Source: Nymphaea colorata
Taxonomy: Eukaryota
Direction: 5' to 3'
Assembly (NCBI RefSeq): GCF_008831285.2
Contig: NC_045138.2
Coordinates: 7,936,001-8,000,000 of the forward strand
DNA: 64,000 bases
Below the pieces are notes generated by a model that saw nothing but the letters and a program-made list of their open reading frames with translations, did no database searches and was not told the origin of the DNA. Shown here one piece after another: positions 51,565 through 64,000 of this stretch. The number at the start of each line of letters is the position of its first letter. Position 1 is the first letter of the stretch. The position numbers were made by a program, and so were the translations under genes.

Positions 51565-54447
51565 CGGTGCTGTTCTCTGGCGTTTCCCCGACGTATCAAC
51601 AATCAGGACAGATTTCGAGATATGCAAAATGCTTCTACCTTCTACTCCACTTATTATAAGCGAGAGAGATGGAGATGTCTCACTACTGTTGCAGACTTGC
51701 AGTCGACGGTCTCGCGGATACTCATGGACGGAAAGGAAAGGACGCGGCAAAAAAATCATGACCGCTGTAAACTGGCCCCCACCAGCTCTGCCACCATTTT
51801 CCCTTTCCACCGTTCCTTTCCTGCCACTTGGAGGACTTCTGCAGTCCACTCTTCATTTGTTTATATTATTTTCTTTGAACTTCTTTGAATTTTTTGCCGT
51901 AGGATGAAGAAATGGAAGCCCATAAAATTGCAGAGGAATCTTGTGTAAGCTTCTCCTTTTCCAGTAAAAGGGAGGAATGCGCCCAACTCGGTTGTGTGGC
52001 TACCGTACCCCTCATTATTGTCGCCATAACTAAAGTTTGCACTATATCTTCAACAAACAAGAAACGATAATATTAGTTAAAATGGTAAAAATAGATCTAA
52101 TAATAAAGAGCAATATTTACAGAAGCCGAATTTCACTTCAAGTTATCTTTTGACAGTTTTAATGAAAAATGAATCCGTCATCAAAAAATTTGAAAACTTG
52201 GTTCGTTTCTCAGGACTACAGGAAAGATAAGACCTGAAACTGAAAATTTTACCCATGAAATTATATTCTAAAGTTCTTATAAGATGCGCTCAAATTTTAC
52301 AATATAACGATTGACTGAACTGAGGAAAATTTTCCTTTCTCACCACCGTGATTTCCCATTTAAAGAGTTTGGTCGAAGAGATTGAAAGTCAAAATAGTGT
52401 TTATTGTTGTTTCTTAATTGAGTGACTTTATCAAATTGCATTAATAAGACCATAGAGATTCAGTTACCATCTTCGTATGCTGCCAAAAAATAATTTAGAG
52501 ATTATCCTGTATACAGATATAGAAGTAGAGTCTTTTTTAGGATAGCATTTTCAACATTATAGAGGGGCCAAATAAAGGGTTGAAATTCCTATTAATGAAG
52601 TAAGAAAATAGAAAAAGCTTTACTTGAAATGGTAAAAATATAATTTAGTTAATGAAATGCAATATCGAAAAAAACTGCAGGTGTCATTTTTCAGTCTTTT
52701 GAGTTGAGGAAAGTTCTCTAAACAATACAAGCCAACAGGGAGCACCATTAACAACACTGGAATAAGAAAGAAAGTGCAATAAATCTTCTGTTACAGGACG
52801 AATTAGAGTAGAAATGTGTCTTCTGGGTGAAACATGTGTAACCTGCTCTGCTGCAGCAGTTATGACTCCACCAAAGGAGGCAATAGCAACTAACAGCCAC
52901 AATGAGCTTTTAAAAATTCTGACAATATGTTTTTCCCTCTCAATATTTCTCTACTTTGTAGCTTCATGGCGAGCCTGATCAATCCGCATCTAGCTAGGTC
53001 AAAACTAAGCTGACCCATCAGTCAAAGAGCCTTCAAAAGGGATGCCAATTGAATCTTATTAGAATCAGATATACTCTTAATTTTAACATAACTGATTTGT
53101 CCGATGTTCACATATTCATATTTGAATTTAAATTTGAATACTAATGTACAAACGTCTATATTATATCTGATTGTTAGATTTACAATTGGAGCCAATCCGG
53201 ATCCGACTTTCAATTGACATCAGAATATGTTAATCCAGATTTTTAAGGACACAACCGATCAAATCCAAATTAACCGCATTGTGATATGTTTAGATCGTGC
53301 TTTCGAAATCTATGGACATCAGATGTAAGATTTTTATTTGAGACTGAATTTGAATAGAAAATCCATATTTGAATCTTAATGCGATAGTGGATTATTGATG
53401 ACACACACACGTGAAGTCAAGAAATTCTGTAGATTGGTGTGGACATTGCCCGCACTGGCCCGCATGTAGCCCTGCCTACCATAATGGTGCCTAAACCTAG
53501 TTTGGCGAGTCGATGGGTGATAAGCCCAGCATGCATATTCAGTGGCCTAGTCAGAGTTTTCAAGCCACACTGCGGCCAGGGAGGCAGCTGCCTTAGCCAC
53601 TAAAAGTACATTCTATGGCAAGGTCCAAGTAATGGTGTCCTTTCTTTCTTGCTTCCCTTCTTTTCAACCCCACCTGGCAGCAAGAATTCTTTGTTGACAA
53701 GGATTTCAGGATGTAGCAGAAATTAGACTGGGTTTGAGCATTATCATGCAATCAAATATGAAATTTTTTTGGTAAGCAAGAAGGTAAGACCGACTGCTTA
53801 TTGATAGCAGTGGCACCCTTAACCAAACTGTTGCAAGAAAAACTTTCCTTTATTTATTTACTTAGCCTGACAATAAGCAGCAAAAAAAGAACAATAGAAC
53901 TCGACGACCCAATCTAGCTAGAGACCTGTGCATAAGACCTAAATTGAAGGTTGACAAAATACTTGGCAGGTAAGATGACAATTGAAGGTCCAATATACTA
54001 AGTTGGGCGGGTCTTTAATTGGACTGCCAGCCTTCAAGCCTGGTTTCCATTGAGATCACGGTCAATTCTTGGGTCTGAGTAGTAGACACTTTGCAAGTAG
54101 GGGTAAGCATCCGGACGAGCACTTGATGGGAACCCAGTACCTGGCTGATTTGGGCTCGGGTCCAGACTCTAAAATTGGGTATCAAGCTGGCCCAAATCAG
54201 CTCGATAGCTTATTTTTTAAATATTATTTAATTAAATATATAATTATATATTGTTATAATTAATTATATTTATATATTAAAAATATATTTTTTATTCTAA
54301 TGTTTCTACACCCAGCTTTCATTTGGGCCTCCTGCCTTGAAGAAGACAGCAATATTGATTGGTACACCCAAAGTTTTCCGATATACATTTTAAGAACAAA
54401 AGAGAGACTCAGATTTAATGTGGTTCGATACTCTGTACCTAACCAGA

Positions 54448-54886
54448 CATGAGGAAATCAGAAAGAGATTGAAGCTGAAAATCAGGAAGAGATTGAAGCT
54501 GCCAATCAGAAAGATATTGAAGCTGAAACAGTGGAAGAACAAAGACACTTCCATCCATCAACGGTAGCTCTCAAAAGTATGAGAGACACACTATCTCCAT
54601 CCTTTAAATAATACATATTTTTTACTGGAGATTTACATGCCATGTTTATCATATCAATCACCTTGATTTCAATATTGAGGATTACATCATCTTGAGAGAT
54701 TTTAGGAAAGGAATTCTGGCACATTTGAGTAACAATTTTGGCTGGAATGTAATCTCTGCCAACCTGCACGATGATGATTTTGGCAGCGTCACTCTCTTAC
54801 TGATTTTCGCCTTCAATATCTTTATGATTGGCAGCTTCAATCTCTTCCTGATTTTCAGCTTCAATCTCTTTCTGATTTTCCTCATG
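54448..54886. repeat. Inverted repeat with ~80-bp arms made of 24-nt subunits
   Basis: 54448-54528 (catgaggaaatcagaaagagattgaagctg...) is almost the exact reverse complement of 54803-54886. Confidence 0.85.
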
Positions 54887-54960
54887 ACTGGTTTGAGCCT
54901 TATCGTTAAGATTGGCCCTCAAACTGGTGGGGGATGCAATCTATACGCTATGTTTGTTGC

Positions 54961-56400
54961 CTAAATCTTTAAGTTGAAGTCGAGGCAGCAGTTTTGTAAA
55001 GATATCAGCAACTTGCTTAGTAGAGGGATATATTTGGTGATGAGGGAGCCAATAGCAACTTTCTCCCAGACGAAATGGCAATCAATATTAACATGCTTCA
55101 TCCGTGAATGTAATGCTGGTTTGATGGAAACCTGAACGACAGAGATATTGTCGAGGGACATAGAGTGGAGGCGGAGAGGGAAGAAGATGAAGGTGATAGG
55201 AAGGACGAACAAATCGAGGAAATGTTTGTCTTTTTTATCAATCCGCTATCAAAAAAGAAAGGGGAAGAAGTGACAAATTGCTTCTTCTTGGGAGAGAGGT
55301 AGATGAAGCACATGAGGTGAAGGAAGTGGTTTAGCAAAAGAAAGTTATGGCAGAGGAAGACGTACACAAAGAAGAAAAAGAAGAGGTAGACAGTTGATTC
55401 CATCTCCATGTACTGGAAGAGCAGGAGGAGGTAGAAAGGGGAGCCCCCTCTCCATATAGTGTAGGAGGGGGAGGTTGGAGAGATGGTCATAGAAGTTGAC
55501 GCCCAGCAGTCAGATGATGAAGACCATTTGTGGAGCCTGGAGGAAGAGACAACAACAACATAACTGGAGGAAGGAGATGACGAGAACTGACACTAAGCTA
55601 TATGCCTTTGCACTAAGCCGGTGACCGTAGGAAGCAATGCCTCTGTTGAGGTACGATTGTTTTGCTTTGTAGTTTGAGGTAAAATATTGATGTGATAAAT
55701 AGTGCAATGATATGTGGGTGATAATTTGTTTTCTGTGTAACAAAAATGTGGGTTCATTCAGTGGCACAATATCCTGGATTGATATGATATGCTCAGTGAC
55801 TATGAGAAGGACAGATTGCAGAGCATGAACTTTGGCAGAGTCCTAGATAACAGTTGGTTTACCATGTCTTGGAGGCGTGTCCATGCTCTTGCTAAGAAAT
55901 GGGATTCCTGGACAAATACTTCCGTATTTGATGGATTCGATATGACCATGATACTAAGGATGTCACAACACTAATGGGATTGAAGTGTCATCGGAATGCG
56001 ATTGTGGGGAGCTCCTAGTACAATGAAAAGTAGGTGTGTGGACCTCCATGGCCCGATAATGAATTCCACAACTGTCTATTTGGGAAGGAGAAGTCTAGGA
56101 TGATTTCTGTGATGCACATGCATGACAAATGGATGAATAATTCAATGACCCATTTGTCAATAGAAGCTGACACAGAATTCAGGTCATTTATTCTAGCACC
56201 CGAATAAGCTTGATGTACCTGCAATTCATAGATGACTTGGCAGTGTTGGACAACTACACATCAGACACATCTAGTTTGGCTCATTTATTCAGCTAGATCC
56301 ACCAATTGCCATAGGACACCCAAACAGTTATAAGACTTTCGCCATTGATACAAGTATAGATTAAATACATACATATTGTCTTAGTTCATGCTTAAATACA
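54961..56400 (-). mobile_element. Highly degenerate copia pol remnant (RNase H end recognisable)
   Basis: ORF 54961-55212 contains DNISVVQVSIKPALHSRMKHVNIDCHFVWEKV, matching the copia RNase H motif DN...NPVFHxRTKHIEIDxHFVREKV. The extent toward 56400 is uncertain. Confidence 0.6.
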
Positions 56401-58929
56401 CATGCATGCCATCTTCATAAACCTAATAGAGGGGTTGAGATAAAACAAGTACGTAATCTTGTATGTTGTTCAATAGAAAGGATGCAATAGTTACTAAATT
56501 TTTAGGACCTATCTTATGTGTAGGTTACTTGGAGACCATACAAGGAGGATGAACATGAAGATAGGGCAGAAGTTCTGGAGGTTGCGAAGATATCGTGCAG
56601 GAATATCTGGCTGATGTGCTAGAACGATGTCGTGATGCAGCACAACAATTGAGTTCTCCAGCAGGCTGGAAAAGGTCAGTCTGTTCCAAAGCTAAAGAGG
56701 AACATGACAAAATAAAGAACAAAGGTGGTTTCTACCATGTGGAGGAATGGAGAGTTATGTTTGCCAGAAAACTCGAGAACTAGGAGAAGGGAGGTGTCGA
56801 GGTTTCCACATGATGGGCAAGTTTTTGCACTAGGGTACGACAAGCTTTACTGGCAGAGATGACACCCACGTTCTACTGGGAGCTATAGGTTGGAGTACCC
56901 CATCAGCAGGAGTGCATGCTAGCAGCTACATTCATGATCAAAGTCAAACCAATGGAACCCCCACACGTCTTTCTTCCAAGTTTCTACTATAGCTCAGGTC
57001 AATCTAGTGGCCGTGTTTGTCATCAGGCACCCTAGATTCGTCCTCCTCCATTGTGTGTGTTCTCTCCTCAAGCCAAGATCAGCTCCCAAACACACAACAC
57101 GTGAAAACCAATAACTCGAGCAACATCTCATTACGGTTGTTGCAAGAACTAAAGAAATTGAATAAGAATGTAGAAGATATGCACCACAGCATGCAAGAGA
57201 TGCATCACTACAACTTGAAGTTGTGATGCTAGTTTTTGAAACAATCAAAGGAATGAAAATAAATGCAAATTACTTTCTTACCTTCAATTCATTATGATGT
57301 AATATTATGTAAAATTGGATTTTGATTTTCACATACCTAGGCTAATGCCATAGAGTGTGCTACTAAGTTGACCCAATCTAGTTTCAAACAAGGGTGCATG
57401 TGAGTGCAAGGTGATCCTCTGCATATTAAATAGATGTGCAATGCATTACTAAAGAAAGCATAAAAAAAAACTATATTCTATATGCATGCTTTAAGTAAAA
57501 CTAAGTAAACAAAAACATAAAATTTAAAACAAAGAGGAAGGGATGAGCATACCTACCCCTATGCTTACCATAAACACATTAAAATAAATCTAACCTGGAA
57601 AATAAATATACTAAACATGCTAAAAGTAAAAAAAAAAAACTAAGCTAAACATGATAAAAGCAAAAAGAAAACTAAACTAGATATGCATAAAGAAAAACAC
57701 TGAACTGTAAATAAAAAAAGAAAGAAGAGAAAAAGGAAATAACTGAAGCTGGTGCACAGGTTGAGCCTACACTCAAGACCTTTACCCTGACCCTGGTTGG
57801 GTCTAGGCTGGGTGCTTATACAACCCAAACCAAGACTCTAAAAAAATTAACTTGTCTTGAACCAAAAGACTATGAGTACCCAGTTGAAATTCTACCAACT
57901 ATAATGGGCTTCTCTAGGAAAGCTCAAGTGTGAAGAAGTGAGACAAGGAGGAGCCCTAGTTATAGGGGGCATCTCCCTTTCTCACCATCAATATAGGACT
58001 AAATTTCTTCCCCTCTCTCTCATCTTTCAACTTAAAACCATAGTTTAAAAGCATCTTTTCGATTGAATTTTCTTTGCTGCGATCTTGTCTAAACTCCGAA
58101 TTCGATTTTGCAAAAAGCCACACATGCACCGAGAAGTGTTAATCGATTTTTCGTAAAGTATTCATATTGAAATTGAGCGTAGAGGATGAACGATGTGAGA
58201 ATATAAGAGGAGAAAATCCAATTTTAAAACCTTGTTTCTAAAATCAGAAAATTGTTCGTTCTAGCCACTTACGGATGTGCTTATGTGGGAATAAACATTA
58301 AGCATTGAGTGAGAAAATTACAGTGCATTTTTTGAGATAAATTATACATTAAGCTCACATGTGGATCCTGGGTATAGGTTTATGTTGAGACCCAGATTCG
58401 AGTCTACATCCATGAAAAAGTCTAGACAATGGATCCATATATGCTATTGGGATTTGAATTTTAATTTGATATCTGGGGTCTGAAATGAGAATAATGGATA
58501 TGGATCTACAAAGATAGATTTTAGATCAATGACTTGGATATGAGATCCATATATGCAAAAAAATATGGCTAAAAATGACCATTTTGCCCCTGTGTGTATT
58601 TTTAGAGTCTTGGATGAGTTTTCTTGATCTTATTAAACCAACTTATGGCCAAACTCGTCAATAGGCTCTTGTTAAAGTCTTGCTAAAAATTTCCTTTTGA
58701 GTTACTCTAAAAATTTAAAAAAGAAAATTACCAAGCTGTATGCGACAAGTTTGTAAAGGAAAATCAAGGAAGGCCATACAAATCCAATTTTTATTGAAAT
58801 TTTTATAGGTGGACCTGAGGGTACTTGGACAAGCTAATTACCTAAAAGGACATGCTCAAAGATAAACAAAAAATTGCTTTACTTTTGCAAACTTGAGATT
58901 GACAGTAGTTTATAGAGTGTAGCAAGTAT

Positions 58930-59395
58930 AGGAATGAGCTCAACGGCCTTCGCAACTAAATTGAAGTCAAACAAGAAAGAATGAACTCAAACCAAATTAT
59001 GAGAGTATTGGTTTACACATGATAAATATAATTCCAACTCGGTTTTAGGTCACTCTATTGGGTTGAGCTTAAATTCAACTCAAACCCCTGAAAATAAGAG
59101 AGAAATAGCTCAAAACTGAATTGAACTCAAATCGGATGAATGAAGTCGAACTAAACTAATCGAAGCTTGATTATACATGATAAACATGGCACTCTATTGA
59201 GTTGAACTTGAATTTAGCTCAAATCCCTCAAAACAAGAGAAACAAAGTGCATATAACTGAATCAAACTCAAATCAAAATGATTGAACTCAAACCGAACTA
59301 AAGGAAGCCTGATTTGTCATGATAAATATGGTCCTAGCTCGGTTTCATCTCAATCTTTTAGGTTGAATTTAAATTTAGTTCAAGCCCTTGAAAAC
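58930..59395. repeat. Degenerate ~150-bp tandem repeat (about 3 units), probably TE-internal
   Basis: Recurring gaactcaaacc...catgataaa(t/c)at...ttgagcttaaatt...ccctgaaaa units. Confidence 0.5.
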
Positions 59396-60599
59396 AAAAA
59401 AAGAGAAAGGCTTAATGGCAATTTGCAAGTTAGTGTAGGACTCAAACTTGTGTTGAGTGTCCCAAAGTAAGTGTAATCATCCCTCCCTTAAAGGTGAACT
59501 TGCTTTACCTTGGTTGAGCTAAAGACAACAATTTTGAGTTCTGGTGAGCTTATTTGAGCTACAAGGGAGCTGGTTGCAAGCTGACTTTGGTGACCTTTAA
59601 GCTCATGTAAAGTTGAGAAATTTCCTAGTTGCCTCAAATGTTAGGTAATTCTCAAAAATTTGATAAAAAATTACTACTTTCCAAGTTGAGATGCCTTATG
59701 TAGGGGCAAATGACATTTTTTAGATTAAACAACCTAGGTGGTACGACTTCAGGTGTTCAATGCTGGTGTAAAAAGTGTTTGTTGACTTAGAAATGAACCC
59801 TTTGTTTCTAAAACATAGTCTTTGAAAAGTATTTTGAAAATATCATGTTAAAGATTAAAATGTTCATCTATACTTGTAAAAATTTTGTGCGTTCACAATA
59901 TCCAATGTTGCTGCTGCAAGTTCTTCCTCCGCTTCTTATGATGCACAATGAATAAAGAGGGTGAAGGGAAAAAATGTTAACATGTATCAATTTTGAAGAC
60001 AAACATAATTGAAGACATACTTCAAGAAGACTTGAATTTTGTGAGCAATGACATCATTCTAATTGTAGAGCTGTTGTGAAAATATGTAATCCCTATGAGA
60101 GATGAGGACGTCAACCTGTAGCCTAAAGATGTTGAAAAATGTTCGAGAATAAAAAGTGCCTAGAAAAGGGTCAAGGATAGGCAATGTACCATGAATGACT
60201 CTTATCACATCTTGAAGAAACATCTGAGTAGAAAAACTATAAGGCAAATTAATAAAGAAGAAAAAGATCAGAACAAAAATAAGCAGGCAACAAACCCAAA
60301 TCAAACTCCAACTTGAAAGCTCTATGACATCACACCCACCATGGCCTATTACAGGGAGAGGAGAAAAGAATAAAAATCACTAGAACACAATTGGATAACA
60401 AAACTATTTAGGTGTTTCTTAAACCAATTCATGGAACAAAATTGATTAACAACGCCCACATAAAGTAAATTCAAGAAAGGAAATAACATGATAAACCAAG
60501 AAAACAGGTCCACCACTTACCTCAACATTTCTATACATCCAGTGACTACAATTTGGTACATATAACTATATTTTTTCATAGTAATGGAAATTGTAGAGT

Positions 60600-61790
60600 T
60601 GATTGAATGTTGAGACACTTGGAAGACCCTTATTCACTATGCCATGTTCAAGTTGTTCCTCAATGTACCATCTTCCTGGACACCTCACATGCCCACAAAG
60701 AAAATTTATTTGACTTGTAAATACTGATCTACTCAACCTCACACGTCCAAGAAAAAAATATGACCATGAAGACTTTAGGAACACAAAAGTTGGTCCATAC
60801 TATGATGCATCTGGTTTTGTTGACCCAACAAAAATTTCATATTTTAAGAACCAGCTGCCCGCAAAATTCATAATATATAAGTGCAGTAATGACACTCCAT
60901 CCAAAATTTTCCTCAATCCTCATTTCTATCCATATTTTAAGGTAAACTCATTCATCTCAACATATTGTAATGTAGAAATGTAGTGTATCTAACCTTTTCC
61001 AATTTACGTAGGATTGCTTAAGAGCTATATGTGGCACTCATATACCGGCCTTGGTATCTACAACACAAGCGAGGTATCACAATAGGTAAGGAAATCCTTC
61101 AAAGAATGTCTTGGCTGTAGTTGGTTTTGACATGCGACTTCACTATGTTTTAGTGGGTTGGGAAGAAAGTGCAACTGACTCAAGTGTATTATACATGCAC
61201 TTGATAAAGAAATCGATCCTCTCGTCGTACCTATAGGTGAACATAACATTTACTCATGCAAATACAGTTAATAGGTTGTTGTAAATATCTTAGCTTACAA
61301 TCCTATTAATTTCAACAACTCTACTGTGTAGGGAAATATTATCTTGATAATGGAGGATATCCAAACATTATTGATTTCCTAACTCCTTATTGAGGTCATT
61401 TATGCGATCTATCTAAATTTAGTGCACTGGGTAACAACGTATTACAACTGTTGAGGAACTGTTCAATCATCGTCATTCTTTGCTAAGAACAACTGTGAAC
61501 GAGCTTTTGAATTATTAAAAGGGTGGTTCCTATACGAAAAGCACAACTGTCATTTCTTATCGCAAAAAAATTGCCATTGTGTTAGCCAAGTGTGTTTTAC
61601 ACAATTTTATTTTAGAACGTAATCCTAATGCAGAGCAGTTTGATGTTGATGATGGTCCATCATATGATCCAACTGAGAGTACACTTGTCTAAATGGACAT
61701 GCAAGTTCAACACAAACTGCTCATTGAGGATCCAACAATGACCTGTGCATTTCACTAACACCTCAGATGTTCACGGATTTTCAAAATCGT
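60600..61790 (+). mobile_element. PIF/Harbinger DDE transposase pseudogene
   Basis: YPYFK|intron|DCLRAICGTHIPA (like DCIGAIDGTHIP), NVLAVVGFD..GWEESATD, GKYYLDNGGYPN, ELFNHRHS..ERAF..LK and CVLHNFI. Contains stops and frameshifts; boundaries approximate. Confidence 0.8.
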
Positions 61791-64000
61791 AAGTGGGTCA
61801 TCAGTTATGATATACTTTTTCTTGTGTGGTGCAATGAAACTTTTTATTTTAGTGTTTGGAACTTTTTCGCATTTGCAATAAATTGTTAATAGAACACATT
61901 AATTTGTTATACTAGGTGGTATGATGTGGTTATGATATTTCATTTGTTATTGGTAGACAATCAACAATAAAGCCCTGATAGAAGTATTATGTTGTGTTCG
62001 AGGGTCAATCAAGGGCATATTTACTTGCTCGAAAGAACGTCATCGACAGGTCTATAGATATCAGGAGTAGTATTTAGCTCATTCAACACATTGAAGGAAG
62101 TAAAGACACATTTCAACACTTGACTCACTGACTAAATATCAGCTGGTATGGAAACCTTGATATACTACTCGGTTATGTGATGTATGAACAATGTTGTGTC
62201 GCTCTATCTTAACTTTCAACATTTAATGTAGTACATGGATTTGGTAGCAGCCGTACCTCAGGTTGTTGATGTACTGTCACGCTTATTTGTACTGCAGATT
62301 TTTTAATTTGATTTTATATTGTTGGAAGGACCTTGGGAGAATAGCTAGCTTTCCAATTGTTATGCTTATACAGCTGGACGAATTGCTGCCAATCAGTGGA
62401 AAATTGACGCTATTGATGAGTTGGAAGTTGAAGCAAAGGACCTGCAATAGTTTGTTCTTTGAAAGTTAATATTTCTTTTGATTATCTATGTGCTTCATTG
62501 AGTAAAAAACAAAACCAATCCATCCTATGTTTGGCTTTTACTGATATAATCCAGCTGCTGGTTTTGCCACCTATTCACCACTGTGTTGACAACATTACTT
62601 TGGGGTTTTGTACTAAGGGAAACAAGAAGGCTTCCACTAATCAATAGGGATTATGTATCCTCTGTTGTAAAAGACTCATGAGACGAACTTGTATGGATAA
62701 TATTGGTTATTGGATCATATATTAAACAAACTAGCTACTTTGGTCATCATAATTATGAAATGAAAATTTTAAACGTGTATGTGTATATACAAATGCACAC
62801 ACACTCATAGAGATTGAACACATGTTACCTTCACATTTCTGTTAATCAATTGTGTTGCACGAATTGGTATATGTATGAATTCATGTGTATATAATTGCAC
62901 CGATGCAAACTAAACTAAATTCGTGGAACACGATTGATTAACTGAACTACTCAAATGTTTCTTAGGTCATCTTTCACCTACCCAATAGAAGTTAGCTAAT
63001 CCATATTTTTTCATAAAAAAATCAATATAAACTAATAGTCATTTGCATTCCAAAAAATCTAAGAGAAAAGCTTCAAAAAAACTGTAGAGAAAGTATCCAA
63101 GAAAAATAATTTAGGATGAAAATGGAGTACCATTATGAAATACATCAACCAAGCAGCACAAACCAATTAATATACAAATATCGGATTCTGCACATACCCA
63201 TAGGGTTTTACAAGGTTTTGTGAATTAACTGCCGACTCTAGAGCTAAAGCATAAAAAAATAAAACACCTGATAAACTTTACGATGGAATAGGCCAGAAAC
63301 GGAAACATGAAGAGAATCACTAGCCCTAACTAGGATGGGCATTGGGCCGGGCTAGGCCGGCCTGATTATCTTCAATTAGGTTCAGGCCTGATTGAACTAA
63401 AACTGGGCCTATTACCTCACACAATGCAGTTGGGTCAGGCCGAGCCCAAGGATTATTGGATGAAGCGCTGACACTATCGGCCCGGTACCGGGCAGGTCCG
63501 ACATTTACTAATATTGTTTTCATAAAACCACCATTCAAGGCAGGTAGGGATAAACCGATAAATGAAACAAGTTGTTCTCCTTTTTATAATGTGCTCATCC
63601 ACCCCATTTCTTCAAAGATATGCGATATAGGCTAAACTTGTGTTGTTCTTTTTTGCATTTTCTATTATTGTTTAAACATTAATGAGTATTTTAATATTTT
63701 TTATGTATATTGTAATTACTTGTGTGGGTTTAAAGGCATAAAACTTGTCGTACTTGTTTACTTCATGTTTTAACACAATACTGTAAAAGGACTTTTAGTC
63801 CTGTATGGAAAAGTTTTTCAAGAGCACCTCGAAAAATGGTTATAAAATGAGAATGGTCGTGCTTAATTTTAGTAAAGAAAAATGAAGTTCCCTTCTACTC
63901 GGGCCCGGCCCATTTTATTTTTGGGCTGGGGCTGGGCTGGGGTCCTTTCAGCCCCTTAGGCAGAGCCATTTTGGGCCAGGAATAGGGTACCCATTGAGTA

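Noticed and set aside
50989..51849. 286-aa ORF as the SSL protein with a long N-terminal extension
   Set aside because: It starts at a non-ATG codon in the promoter and runs into intron 1; the plausible start is the ATG at 51564 before the signal anchor.
54448..54530. CRISPR-like short repeats
   Set aside because: Eukaryotic context; the units are contiguous with no unique spacers.

Overview
Plant (angiosperm) nuclear DNA, AT-rich and dense in repeats. Two protein-coding genes look intact and face each other. One is a 9-exon, plastid-targeted 13S-lipoxygenase (27316-36536, +, 921 aa by manual splicing). The other is a 4-exon strictosidine-synthase-like (SSL) protein (51564-46786, -, 388 aa). 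Between them lie a LINE fragment, a degenerate Ty1/copia element with two 211-bp LTRs but non-matching flanks, and a pseudogenised copy of the LOX 3' end. That arrangement suggests a tandem LOX paralogue lost its 5' part by ectopic recombination between retroelements. The first ~16.5 kb has no intact gene. It is a partly self-duplicated patchwork of host-gene fragments: BCS1-like AAA-ATPase, NAD(P)H:quinone reductase, the promoter and first exon of a plasma-membrane H+-ATPase, and a possible SOP1/ZC3H3-like piece. Three of these fragments occur as inverted duplications, including a ~1.6-kb near-perfect hairpin (5329-6957). This is the best candidate for an undescribed system: a multi-gene hairpin-RNA/siRNA (proto-MIRNA) locus. 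The rest is hAT-type MITEs (several with 8-bp TSDs), a solo LTR, truncated copia elements, a PIF/Harbinger transposase pseudogene, an organelle 23S rRNA-like fragment and microsatellites. All alignments and protein-family assignments were made by eye and from recalled motifs; no searches were run.
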